From Candidatus Altimarinota bacterium (GTDB lineage Bacteria; Patescibacteriota; Gracilibacteria; UBA1369), in NCBI GenBank assembly GCA_041659405.1, contig JBAZYK010000005.1, positions 1,796-33,795 of the forward strand: a stretch of 32,000 bases of DNA. The letters are read 5' to 3'. A program made the translations under genes and the position numbers. This document shows, piece after piece, positions 1 through 9,000 of this stretch. Within the stretch, counting starts at the first letter, position 1; each line of letters opens with the position of its first letter. The notes below the pieces were generated by a model. That model saw only the letters and a program-made list of their open reading frames with translations, had not been told where the DNA came from and did no database searches.

Positions 1-127
1 GTGAATCCCCAACATGGTTTAACCTATTATTTTCTTAAATTCATTACCATTCTTGAGTGATTTTAGATATTTTTCTCTTTTCATTGCCTCTGCTCTCGTT
101 TTAAATAATTCTTTATATATAAGCATG
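1..127 (-). pseudogene. Truncated 3' fragment of the GIY-YIG nuclease gene (last 35 codons, stop codon and 18-nt 3' flank)
   Basis: 127/127 nt identical to 163..289. Read on the minus strand it encodes MLIYKELFKTRAEAMKREKYLKSLKNGNEFKKIIG*, the C-terminus of the intact gene at 181..420. The 5' two-thirds of the gene is missing and is replaced directly by the tRNA-like element at 128..173. Confidence 0.75.
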
Positions 128-173
128 GAATGCCCCGCCATGGCGGGGTGCCTTACCACTTGGTGAATCCCCA
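128..173 (-). repeat. tRNA-like element copy H1, containing the 16-bp perfect palindrome CCCCGCCATGGCGGGG
   Basis: Minus strand reads TGGGGATTCACCAAGTGGTAAGGCACCCCGCCATGGCGGGGCATTC. It differs from copy H2 (446..492) by one substitution and one 1-nt indel. The first 11 nt of a third copy sit at the window edge (1..11). Confidence 0.7.
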
Positions 174-180
174 ACATGGT

Positions 181-420
181 TTAACCTATTATTTTCTTAA
201 ATTCATTACCATTCTTGAGTGATTTTAGATATTTTTCTCTTTTCATTGCCTCTGCTCTCGTTTTAAATAATTCTTTATATATAAGCATGAATGGAAGTCG
301 CTTTCTTGTTGATTTTACTCTTCCTTTATTGTGATAACTCAATCTTTGTTCTAAATCACTACTTTGTCCTATGTAACATTTCCCATCTTTCTTGCTCCTC
401 AACACATATACATAGTACAT
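181..420 (-). CDS. Small GIY-YIG domain nuclease (URI/UPF0213-like, 79 aa)
   Basis: 79-aa ORF. N-terminal YYVYVLRS...GKCYIGQSSDLEQRLSYHNKG matches the GIY...YIG motif pair. A conserved R (STRKR) and E (AEAMKREKYLK) follow. Confidence 0.9.
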   Translation of the reverse strand: MYYVYVLRSKKDGKCYIGQSSDLEQRLSYHNKGRVKSTRKRLPFMLIYKELFKTRAEAMKREKYLKSLKNGNEFKKIIG

Positions 421-433
421 ACTTCAGAATAAT

Positions 434-492
434 ATTCGACCCCCCGAATGCCCCGCCATGGCGGGGTGGCCTTACCACTTGGCGAATCCCCA
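434..492 (-). repeat. tRNA-like element copy H2 (pseudo-tRNA 5' part: acceptor, D-arm, palindromic anticodon-like arm, variable region, half a T-arm)
   Basis: Minus strand: TGGGGAT-TC-GCCA-AGTGGTA-AGGC-C-A-CCCCG-CCATGG-CGGGG-CATTC-GGGGG-GTCGAAT. The D-arm GCCAAGTGGTAAGGC is canonical. The anticodon-like loop has only 6 nt (CAT in the centre). The 3' T-stem and acceptor strand are absent, so this is not a functional tRNA as it stands. Confidence 0.45.
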
Positions 493-579
493 GTGTTTGA
501 ACGCACAATCTTGCAACGCTGTATGGCAAAATGTGCCCATTAAATTTAACAAAAAATGGCTGAAAGTCAACGTCATCAC

Positions 580-610
580 AAAAAGAGCCCTGATAGCAGA
601 GCTCTTTTTA
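580..610 (-). terminator. Putative intrinsic terminator of the minus-strand surface-protein operon
   Basis: AAAAAGAGC-(12 nt loop)-GCTCTTTTT inverted repeat, 27 nt downstream of the stop at 637. A- and T-tracts flank it, so it could act in both directions. The G/C core of the stem is short. Confidence 0.4.
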
Positions 611-636
611 ATTTGAATGTTTAATTATGATAACTT

Positions 637-3495
637 TTACGCTTTTCCTGTTTTTCCGGCTTTGCGTCTTAAGAAAAATGCAATTGGCAGTGTTAACAAC
701 AAATAATAACTTTCCGGGCCGGTTTGGGTAATTTCCAGTGGCAATGGCTCAGAAGAAGCCGCACCATGCAAAACGGTTGTAGTTGTTTTTGTTGTGCCGG
801 TTGCAGTTGCCGGCGTGGTTATGTTTACAGATACTGTTTCTGAAATTGCTTGATTAATAACTCCCGCAGCTGCTGGCGTTGTTGTGTTTGTGGAAACCGT
901 TTCTGAAATTGCCTGATTGATAAATCCTGTGGAAACCGGCGCAGAAGCGCTTGAAGAAAATCCTGTTTCAGCTGCAATTGATCCACTTTGCTCTGGGGCA
1001 ACCGGAGGTGTTGGGGCCGATGGGGCCTCTGTGTTGTCTACAACCGGTGCAGAAATTGAATCCGAACCTGACCCTAGGCCGCCATCTGATAATGGATCTG
1101 TCGGTGGATTTTTGGGCAAACTTGCTGAACCACTATATGGAACATAATCTGTTGGAGTAGTTGTTTTGGTGGCTGTTGGTTGGTTTTGAGCAATAGGCTC
1201 AACAATTGGCGTACCAGTTGTGGTTGGCTGGGTGTCTGGTGGTGCATCTGTCTTCTTTGGCTCATCTGTGGCGGCAGGGGCAACCGTTTTTTCAGCTGCC
1301 ACTGGCGACGAACAGATCGCAAATCCTCCCATTAACTGGCCATCGCTAACAGTTGTTAAATCAATGTTTGGAAGACTACCGGTGGTTGTTCCAGTGCTTG
1401 TCCCGCTGCCGGAACTTGTTGTTACTTGATCCGGATTTCCAAGAACCGTTTCAAGCGAAGTTGTAATTGGCTGTGGATTGCGCTGAGAATCTGTACAGGC
1501 TGTGCTTGAAGTTGGCGGAATAATGTTTCCATCGCGGACCAAAGTATTTCTTAAATCGGCAATTTCACGACTTAAAGTAGGTCTTAAAGAAGTCGTTTTT
1601 TGATCTGTGCTTAAAATTAAATCAACCAGTAACTGTTGTTTCAATCGATCACTACCGCTTGCAATTCTGCAGCTTTGATCGGCAATTTTATTTGATATAT
1701 TATCGTAAACGGCTTGCCATTGTTGATTTCTGTAGGCATCCTGAATGTCTTTATCCTGCTGCTGACAACTATTGAGAGTTGCAGGAGTTGTGGTCAAACC
1801 CGTGCCCCCGGTTGTAGTTGTTGTTGAGCCTGTTGTGGTCGTGGTCGTTCTTGTGTTTGAAGTCGATGTTGAAACCGCCCCTCCGGTTGTTAGTGTTGAT
1901 CCTCCTGTTGCTGTAGTTGATCCTCCTGTTGTTGTCGTTGGTGGAGTTACGCCCACTGTTGTCGATGTTGTTCCTCCTCCTGTTGTTAAATTTGTATTGG
2001 GAGTTGTTGAACTTGTGGTTGTGGTCGTAGAGCTTGTTGTGGTTGTTCCTCCTGTTGTAGGAGTTGTGGTTGGTGTTGTTGAGCTTGTGCTTGCCGTACA
2101 AGCATCATTCCAAGTTTTAAGATGAGAAATTGTTGAAGAGCTCAAAATATATTTATCCTGATTTGTGTAAAGTTCGCTTATTAAGAAGCAGTCATTTGGA
2201 TTGATTCGACTACAAACCGGAGCGCTTGGCGTGGATGAGGTTGATGATCCGCCCGTTGTTGGATTTGGCGTGGTTGAGCTGGAAGTTGGTCCTCCTACTG
2301 TTAAATTCGGAGATCCGGCCACTGCGGATGATGGTGGGGTTCCTCCTACTGTTAAATTCGGAGATCTTACTGCTGCAGATGTTGATGGTGTTCCTCCTAC
2401 TGTCATTGCCGGAGAACCTACTATTGTTGCCGACGGTGATCCTCCTACTGCGTTATTACCAACGGGTGCCGCATTATTCAATACTCCACTATTTGCTGCC
2501 GGAGCTTCCCTTAAATCTGGGATTTGGTTGCTGACTGCAGCCGCGGGCGTGTTACTAATACTTGGGGCTACTGCATTTGAAACCTGATTAGCTGCAGGAT
2601 TATTTGCAATGACTTGAGCGTTATTAGCAACCGCTGCCGCGCCTTGATTAGAAATAGGGGCCGGAGATGGATAATAAACATTGGTGTAATCTGGCTGAGA
2701 TAGCCCCGGTGAAACTTGGTTTATCAAGTTACTAACGTTAGGGGCTGCTGCAGGTGAACGTAAGGCGGAAAGATCAGCGCCAAAATTATTTCCGGAAGTT
2801 GTGGTACTTGTACTTGCTTTTGGAGCATATGTATCGATAGCGCAAGTTTGAGGTACCGCTGTGATATCACCCTTTAAGTTACTGCTTGATCTAAAATAAA
2901 TTGCTGCAGCCACTCCACCTAAAACCAGCAAAACTCCACCAACAATCAAAGCGATTTTCAGATGAGACATTGGTTGGTTTTCCGGTGGCGATGTGAGTTC
3001 GGTTAAACTTAAATCGGTCGCATAAAAGTCTGATGACAATTGCGCGGGATTTTTAACCGGCACTTCTGCCTGTGGCTGACCTGTACCTTTTTGAAGATTG
3101 GTAAAAGAAGTCGCTTCGACTGCCGGTTTTGGAGCTGTGGCTGTTTCCGGTACAGCTTCTTTTTTGACTGGAGCGGTGGCTGGTTCCGGTTCCACCACGG
3201 TTTCTTTTTCAGCAGTTTCAGTCGCAGCCGGAGTTTCCGGTGCAGCCGGAGTTATAGACTCAAGCGAGATTGGTTTCGGCTTTACTTCTTCAGGTGCTTT
3301 TTCCGGCAAAGCTTGAACAACCGGCATAGAAGTTTCCGCTTTTCCATCAACATTAAAAAAAGTCGAAGTATCATTTGCTACGCTGCTTTTAGGTTCGGCG
3401 CTTGGCACGGAAGCAAGACCCGCATCGCCCGTATTTGGGCTTGTGCCGCCCGTGCCCATGCCGTTTCCGGCATTTAAGTTTGTGTCTGGTTCCAT
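637..3495 (-). CDS. Thr/Ser/Pro-rich mucin-like surface protein with an N-proximal TM helix and a C-terminal tripartite sorting signal (952 aa)
   Basis: 952-aa ORF. TM helix LKIALIVGGVLLVLGGVAAAIYF at about aa 190. Long T/S/G/P tracts (TTTTSSTTTTTSSTT...). A Cys-bracketed non-repetitive domain (CQQQDKDIQDAYRNQQW...TAC). The C-terminus reads ...LEITQTGPESYYLLLTLPIAFFLRRKAGKTGKA, i.e. motif, hydrophobic stretch, basic tail. Confidence 0.8.
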   Translation of the reverse strand: MEPDTNLNAGNGMGTGGTSPNTGDAGLASVPSAEPKSSVANDTSTFFNVDGKAETSMPVVQALPEKAPEEVKPKPISLESITPAAPETPAATETAEKETVVEPEPATAPVKKEAVPETATAPKPAVEATSFTNLQKGTGQPQAEVPVKNPAQLSSDFYATDLSLTELTSPPENQPMSHLKIALIVGGVLLVLGGVAAAIYFRSSSNLKGDITAVPQTCAIDTYAPKASTSTTTSGNNFGADLSALRSPAAAPNVSNLINQVSPGLSQPDYTNVYYPSPAPISNQGAAAVANNAQVIANNPAANQVSNAVAPSISNTPAAAVSNQIPDLREAPAANSGVLNNAAPVGNNAVGGSPSATIVGSPAMTVGGTPSTSAAVRSPNLTVGGTPPSSAVAGSPNLTVGGPTSSSTTPNPTTGGSSTSSTPSAPVCSRINPNDCFLISELYTNQDKYILSSSTISHLKTWNDACTASTSSTTPTTTPTTGGTTTTSSTTTTTSSTTPNTNLTTGGGTTSTTVGVTPPTTTTGGSTTATGGSTLTTGGAVSTSTSNTRTTTTTTGSTTTTTGGTGLTTTPATLNSCQQQDKDIQDAYRNQQWQAVYDNISNKIADQSCRIASGSDRLKQQLLVDLILSTDQKTTSLRPTLSREIADLRNTLVRDGNIIPPTSSTACTDSQRNPQPITTSLETVLGNPDQVTTSSGSGTSTGTTTGSLPNIDLTTVSDGQLMGGFAICSSPVAAEKTVAPAATDEPKKTDAPPDTQPTTTGTPIVEPIAQNQPTATKTTTPTDYVPYSGSASLPKNPPTDPLSDGGLGSGSDSISAPVVDNTEAPSAPTPPVAPEQSGSIAAETGFSSSASAPVSTGFINQAISETVSTNTTTPAAAGVINQAISETVSVNITTPATATGTTKTTTTVLHGAASSEPLPLEITQTGPESYYLLLTLPIAFFLRRKAGKTGKA
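800..925 (-). repeat. Two in-frame ~63-bp tandem repeats inside the 952-aa CDS
   Basis: ctgtttctgaaattgcttgattaataa (from ~834) recurs as ccgtttctgaaattgcctgattgataa (from ~897), period 63 bp. At protein level: FINQAISETVSTNTTTPAAAG / VINQAISETVSVNITTPATA. Confidence 0.8.
2285..2455 (-). repeat. About four in-frame 51/48-bp tandem repeats inside the 952-aa CDS
   Basis: cctcctactg starts at 2291, 2342, 2393 and 2441. cctcctactgttaaattcggagatc is identical at 2291 and 2342. At protein level: (G/R)SPNLTVGGTPPSSAVA-type 17-aa units. Confidence 0.85.
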
Positions 3496-3534
3496 ATTGT
3501 TTTTGTGTTAATTTTTATTTTTATTTATCTGATT

Positions 3535-3564
3535 ATTTTAGCACTTTTTGGCTTTTTTTTGCAA
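3535..3564 (-). promoter_or_regulatory. Possible internal sigma70-type promoter for the 952-aa gene
   Basis: Minus strand reads TTGCAA-N18-TAAAAT, about 40 nt upstream of the ATG at 3495. Confidence 0.35.
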
Positions 3565-3608
3565 TTGCTGAAATCCGGCATTTTACCTTATTCCAGAGCT
3601 TTTTCCGT

Positions 3609-3719
3609 TTAGTTTATCGCGCCAAAAAATGGGAGAATCATGCCCAAAACCAGGGTTACTACCATAATAATTCCAACTACCTGCATAATTTTTCTTTGAG
3701 TTTTGTTCATGTTGTTCAT
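3609..3719 (-). CDS. Possible 36-aa single-TM micro-protein (below the ORF-track cutoff)
   Basis: Hand translation of the minus strand: MNNMNKTQRKIMQVVGIIMVVTLVLGMILPFFGAIN*. It starts 10 nt after the stop of the 767-aa gene and has a basic N-terminus followed by one hydrophobic helix. There is no homology evidence. Confidence 0.3.
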   Translation of the reverse strand: MNNMNKTQRKIMQVVGIIMVVTLVLGMILPFFGAIN

Positions 3720-3729
3720 AATAAATAAA

Positions 3730-6033
3730 TTATTGGATCTGACCTATCACTAGAATATTCATAGTGAAAGTATCAATAACATTTTGGCTGTCGGAAACTT
3801 CCAACTTAACCGGATAACTTCCCGGAGTTGCAAAAGTATGAGTTGGTTTTCTGGTCTTTGAACTTTGACCATCTCCAAAATCCCAGCTGTATTTGGCGAT
3901 AGTTCCGGTGGAACAACGTGGATCCAATTCAATTGTTAATGGAGCCGGGCCGGCACTTGCAGTTGGCTCAAAGCAGGCCTTTAATGGCACAGGTCTGACG
4001 TTAATAGGAGTCGTAACGATTGATTTGGAATTATCGGATGCAATAGCTGTAACTTTGACGTTAAAAGTTCCAATTTGGGTGTATTTGTAAGTCACCTTGG
4101 AAACATCAATGCGTTTTGGGCTGCCATCGCCGAAGTCCCATTCATAACTGACGATTTGACCACTTGGATAGCTTGATCCGGAAGCGTCAAAAGTTATGGT
4201 CAATGGCACAACGCCTTCAACCACATCTGCAGTCACGCGGGCCTGTAATCCTTGTGGCAAAACTTTTACCACTAAAAGTGTACTGGCTGTTTTATTTTGA
4301 GAATCAACCACCATAAGAGTGGCGTTAAAAGTTCCTGCATCTTTATAAACGTAAGTAGACTGCTGGCCTGCCGCGTCATTAACACCATCACCGTTAAAAT
4401 CCCATTTATAATCTACGATGCTGCCATTGGCTTCTTTGCTTCCTGAGCCATCAAACTGGACCTGAAACGGTACAGTCCCGGTAATATAGCCGTCGGTTGG
4501 TTTAGCTTGAGCCGGAATAGTTGTAAATGAAGCAAGTGCCGCGCCGACAGGTGTTTCTAAAGTTATTTTTTGGCCGGCAGTTCCGGTTGTGCCTTTGTCA
4601 TCCGTAGCTGTTAAGTTTACTTCATAAGTTCCCGCAGTTTTGTAAGTATGAGTTGCTGTTCTGGTACTTGCTTTTGGAGTCTGATCGCCAAAATCCCATT
4701 CATATTTAACAATTTTCCGAGTCGGACTGGTTGAGTTTTCGCCCAAAAAAGTATATTGAGTTCCGGTGTAATAGTGACCATCTGTTGTTGGAATACTGAT
4801 CACCGCCGTTGGAACATTGGCCCCGGCAACTGTAATATCTTTAGAAACAACAGTTGATTGAAGCGTGTTATCTGTAATGCGTAAATTAACCGTGTAAGTT
4901 CCGGCCTGATCAAAAGTGTGTTCAATTTTTGCACCTTTGCCGTCATTGAAAACGTTTTTATTGTTAAAATCCCATTCATAGGACTGGATCTCCCCTGCCG
5001 GAGCGGAAGATGCCGAAGCATCAAATTTAACCACCAATGGCGCGGGGCCGCTATCCGGAGTCGCCGTAAAATCGGCATTCAATTTAATATTGGAAATCGT
5101 AACTATGTCCGTAAAACTTTGTGATGTTTCTTCACCGGTTGTTTTATCCTTTAGATTAACCGTTAAATTTACATCAAAGCGGCCGTTGTTTCTGCCTTTA
5201 TCTTTATAAGTATGAGATGGAGATTGAACCGTAGAATTTTCACCATCGCCAAAATCCCACAAGAAAGATAAAATTTCATATTTCTGAGTATTGATCGGTA
5301 ATTTTGTACCATCAAATTTAATTAAAATTGGAGCGGTTAAACCAAGCGGAGTCGCAGGATCTGTAACAATTGAACTGGTTGTTGCTTTTGGAACAGCAAC
5401 TTTTTTGGAACTTAAGAAAAGATAAGTTCCAACCCAAACGGAAACCAAAAAGATCAGTAAAAATCCGGAAACGGCGGCCTGTTTGAAACCTTTGTTTTTT
5501 GATTCTTTATCGTCTTTTCTGGCCATGGCCGTACGGAACAGACCAATGATTGCAACAATGAAAAGCGCAATCGAGAAAAACCCAAAAACCACACTCACCA
5601 AACTGATTAAAGTGTTGATGAAAGTTGCTGTATCCAACCCTAAAGCCTTCGCCATTGGGTTATCGCCATTTGTTCCTGTTTGAGCCACGAAAATGAGTAC
5701 CAACAAAATTAAAAGTGCAATTGAACATCCAAAAAAGCCTAAAACGCCATAAATAACTTTTCGTGTATTTGGAGGACGTCTAACCGGAGCAGCTGTGCCA
5801 GGGGTAACCGGACGTGGCTGTTGGTTGAGCGGCTGATTAATTGGTGGCTTTGAAGCCGGTTGCGCGCTTGCCTGCAGTGGAGCCTGAGTTTGTGGCTGGG
5901 CAGGAGCCGGCATTGCGCCTTGCGCCTGTGCGGGAGCCATAGGCTGAACCGAAATTGGCGTAGGTTGCACCGGTGGCGTAGCGGCCGGTTGTCCCTGATT
6001 TTGTGGATTTTGGTTTGAGTTTGGTGTATCCAT
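3730..6033 (-). CDS. Polytopic membrane protein with a P/Q-rich N-terminus and six PKD-like domains (767 aa)
   Basis: Three hydrophobic helices (VIYGVLGFFGCSIALLILLVLIFVA; FINTLISLVSVVFGFFSIALFIVAIIGLF; AAVSGFLLIFLVSVWVGTYLFL). Six repeats follow, each carrying the PKD signature WDFGDG or a variant (FLWDFGDGENS, YEWDFNNKN, YEWDFGDQT, YKWDFNGDG, YEWDFGDGS, YSWDFGDGQ). Confidence 0.9.
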   Translation of the reverse strand: MDTPNSNQNPQNQGQPAATPPVQPTPISVQPMAPAQAQGAMPAPAQPQTQAPLQASAQPASKPPINQPLNQQPRPVTPGTAAPVRRPPNTRKVIYGVLGFFGCSIALLILLVLIFVAQTGTNGDNPMAKALGLDTATFINTLISLVSVVFGFFSIALFIVAIIGLFRTAMARKDDKESKNKGFKQAAVSGFLLIFLVSVWVGTYLFLSSKKVAVPKATTSSIVTDPATPLGLTAPILIKFDGTKLPINTQKYEILSFLWDFGDGENSTVQSPSHTYKDKGRNNGRFDVNLTVNLKDKTTGEETSQSFTDIVTISNIKLNADFTATPDSGPAPLVVKFDASASSAPAGEIQSYEWDFNNKNVFNDGKGAKIEHTFDQAGTYTVNLRITDNTLQSTVVSKDITVAGANVPTAVISIPTTDGHYYTGTQYTFLGENSTSPTRKIVKYEWDFGDQTPKASTRTATHTYKTAGTYEVNLTATDDKGTTGTAGQKITLETPVGAALASFTTIPAQAKPTDGYITGTVPFQVQFDGSGSKEANGSIVDYKWDFNGDGVNDAAGQQSTYVYKDAGTFNATLMVVDSQNKTASTLLVVKVLPQGLQARVTADVVEGVVPLTITFDASGSSYPSGQIVSYEWDFGDGSPKRIDVSKVTYKYTQIGTFNVKVTAIASDNSKSIVTTPINVRPVPLKACFEPTASAGPAPLTIELDPRCSTGTIAKYSWDFGDGQSSKTRKPTHTFATPGSYPVKLEVSDSQNVIDTFTMNILVIGQIQ

Positions 6034-6060
6034 TTTTTTATTTTTAAAATATTGAAAAAT

Positions 6061-9000
6061 TTATTTTTGCTTCTTTGATTTAAGCACTCTCATGCTAACA
6101 AAGAGTATACCAAATCCGGCTATAGTTACAAGCACGCCCGGAATTTCATTGGAATTGGTTCCGGCAAAAATATCTACTCCAAGTTGACTCTTGATTGGAG
6201 CGTTCGGTACATCAAAAACAATGTCTTTAATAACGGAACTTTTAGTTCCCTTATCATCAACAACCGTAAGTTTTACGCTGTCCTGGCCGTAGCTTTTGAA
6301 AAATTGAGTTGTCCATGTTCCGGGAGCTGTTGTTTTGTAATCTTCATCATCATCTTTAATGCCATTTCCATTGGAATCGTAATAAATATTTTTATCAATA
6401 ATGTAAGATTTGATCGGCCCGCGGGAATCGCTAAAATTAAAAATTACCGTTCCACTATCCCCTTGCAGATGGATTCTGTTATCGGTAACACTTGGCGCTG
6501 GAGCACTGGTTAAACGCGCCTCAAGTTTTTGCAAAGTTTGTGTTGGCTGTGTTGGTTGCTGGATTGGAGTAACCACAGGCACAGGCTTAACTATCTGCTG
6601 AGTTACTTGTTGGGTTTTTGTAACTACAAGCACAGGAGCTTTTATATTCACAAAATTTATAACGCTTGCCTGATTTCCCTGGTCGTCCGCAACAACTAAT
6701 TTAGCCCTGAAAACTCCGTAATCCGGATATTCATAAGTTGGAGCCTGCTCGGTAGAATCAAGATCATTGTCTTTAATACCGTCGCCGTTAGCATCGACAG
6801 CAAGATTAAAATCCCAGCTGTATTTTGCAAGGTTTGCACCATTTACCGCATCGGCAGTGGAATTATTGGTAAATTGGATTTTTTTGCCATCCAGCTGCTG
6901 TGAGGTGAAAGCGGCAACCGGTGGCGCAGTCTTGGCATCAACATACATCATAACCGGATCGGAAATTGATTCCGCACCATTGTTGTCGATTACCTTTAAT
7001 TTAACTTTGACGCCATCTTTATATGGCTTGGTGTAAACATAACTGACGTTTGGTTTGTTGTAATCATTAGTCAAAACATTGTCGGCAAAACCGTTGCCTT
7101 CAAAATCCCAAATGTAGGTAGCAATACTGCCGTTGGCATCCGGATCGGTTGAACTGGATGAAAAACTGACGGTATCACCGACCATAACATTGGTACGATC
7201 AACGTTTAATTTGGCAACCGGAGACTTATTAGGCCCGTTTGTTACTGCCAGTTTTGGAATCATGCTGTCATCAAGACCATCCTGAGTATTAAAAGTTTGA
7301 TTATCGTTATCGGTCGCCATTACGGCAAACCCATAAGTCTTTTTTTGGCCTTCTACTCCATTTGTACCAATTACGATAGTAGTATTTGGAGATTCGCTAA
7401 GCTGCAATCCTTTTTGATCTTCCGGATTATCAATATCGTAATACCACCAGCGATAGCTAACGATTTTGCCATCCGGATCATTTGCGCCGTTGGCGGTTAC
7501 GTTAACATTAACCGGAGTTGTAGTTGAAGTTCCTGCTGGAATTGCCGTTAAGCCCTGAACAACCGGTGGCTGTGTCGCTACATTAATATGGATTTCATCA
7601 ATAGGACTAACCTGTGTAGCGTCATCCTGATTGGTTACTTTTAGAGTTATTTTATAGTAAGGTTTATCCTTTGGTGTTAATTCGGTAAAGGTATGAGTAA
7701 CCTGTTTTTTGGTACTTAAAGTGCCATCACCAAGATCCCAACTGTAATTCAGTTTCTTGCCTGTGCCATCAATATTGATTGATTTGCCGGCATCGAAAAC
7801 GAATTGAGTTTTTCGATTTGCGGTAATTGTTGAGCTTGTATCACTTAGATCGTTACCATCCTGAGTTAACGAAATGGCCGCCACAGGTATATTATCGGAA
7901 GCGATAAATACTTTTCTAATAGTATTGTTTTGATTGTTGTTATTATCAAAAACCATTAATTTTGCGATAAAACTTCCGGATTTATTATAAGTATGTTTAA
8001 CAGTGAAAGGACTTGCGGTAATGGATCCATTTTCTTTTGCTCCATCACCGGTATCCAATTCATAAGAAACACCATTAAGACTGCTCATGACAAAATTTAC
8101 ATCAACGCTGCCGGCATTTAACTTGGCAGTAATTGGTTTTCCATCATCTCCCCAACCTACATCAAGATCATTATCAACGGTGATTCTTTGTTCCTGAGTT
8201 GTGACCTTTGCAATTTCCGCCGGATCACGAACACTTAAAGTGATGGTGTACTTACCTTTATTAAGTCTTACTTTTATTTTGGAAAGATTTTTGTCGGTAC
8301 TATAATCTTTAAAGAAGAGTACGCAGTCGTTTTCGGTTTTGCCATTTATATAAGTACAATTTCCCGGAGCGGTGCTGAATTCCCATCTATAGGCAATGTC
8401 TTCGCTGCTATCCGGATCATAACTTTTGGCACCATCCAAAATGTAAGTATTTGGTTGTGATTTGTCCGAATTATCGAAACTGAACTGGGCGACCGGTGGC
8501 TTTGAAACCACATGGATACGTACAACTGTCGAAGCATCATTTGAACCGTCACTAACACTTAGTGAAACATCATAATTGCCGGGCTCTTTAAAAGTATATT
8601 TAAGGGTATCAACATTTTTGGCCTCCGGAGGAGTTAGATCAATGCTGTTACCGCCCTTTGTGGCCAATTGCATAATTTTCCAGTCATAGGTTTTAACTTG
8701 ACTGTTTGCGCTGGCGGAAGCTGATCCATCGAATGTGGCCTGATCATTTAATTTTAATTCATTACCGTGAGTAACATTAATGCGGGCTGCAATCGAAGAA
8801 ACAACAATGTTGAAAATCTTGCGATCTGTAATGCCACGATCATCCGTTACTTCCAAAGTAACACGATAAGAACCTTCTTTTATGTATTTAACTGTCTGTA
8901 CCTGAGAAATAGTATCCGGCGGTCCTTCCACGGTATTCTTAGTATTGGATTTGTCACCAAAATCCCATTTTACTTTGGCAACCGGACTATTCTTAATGGT

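Noticed and set aside
1-493. CRISPR array or integrase-type att duplication as an explanation for the repeats
   Set aside because: Only two to three copies are present. The 'spacers' are a gene and a gene fragment, and no cas or integrase gene is nearby. The tandem cassette explanation fits better. Integration normally duplicates tRNA 3' parts, not 5' parts.
291-500. 69-aa + strand ORF overlapping the GIY-YIG gene and the palindromic element
   Set aside because: It lies antisense to a well-supported GIY-YIG CDS and runs through the repeat element. Its composition is implausible and it has no motif.
1769-2125. 110-aa (-) and 117-aa (+) ORFs, plus several others between 917 and 3477, overlapping the 952-aa gene
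   Set aside because: They are alternative-frame or antisense readings of a low-complexity Thr/Ser/Pro-coding region (poly-V, poly-N/R products). These are artefacts of the repeat composition.
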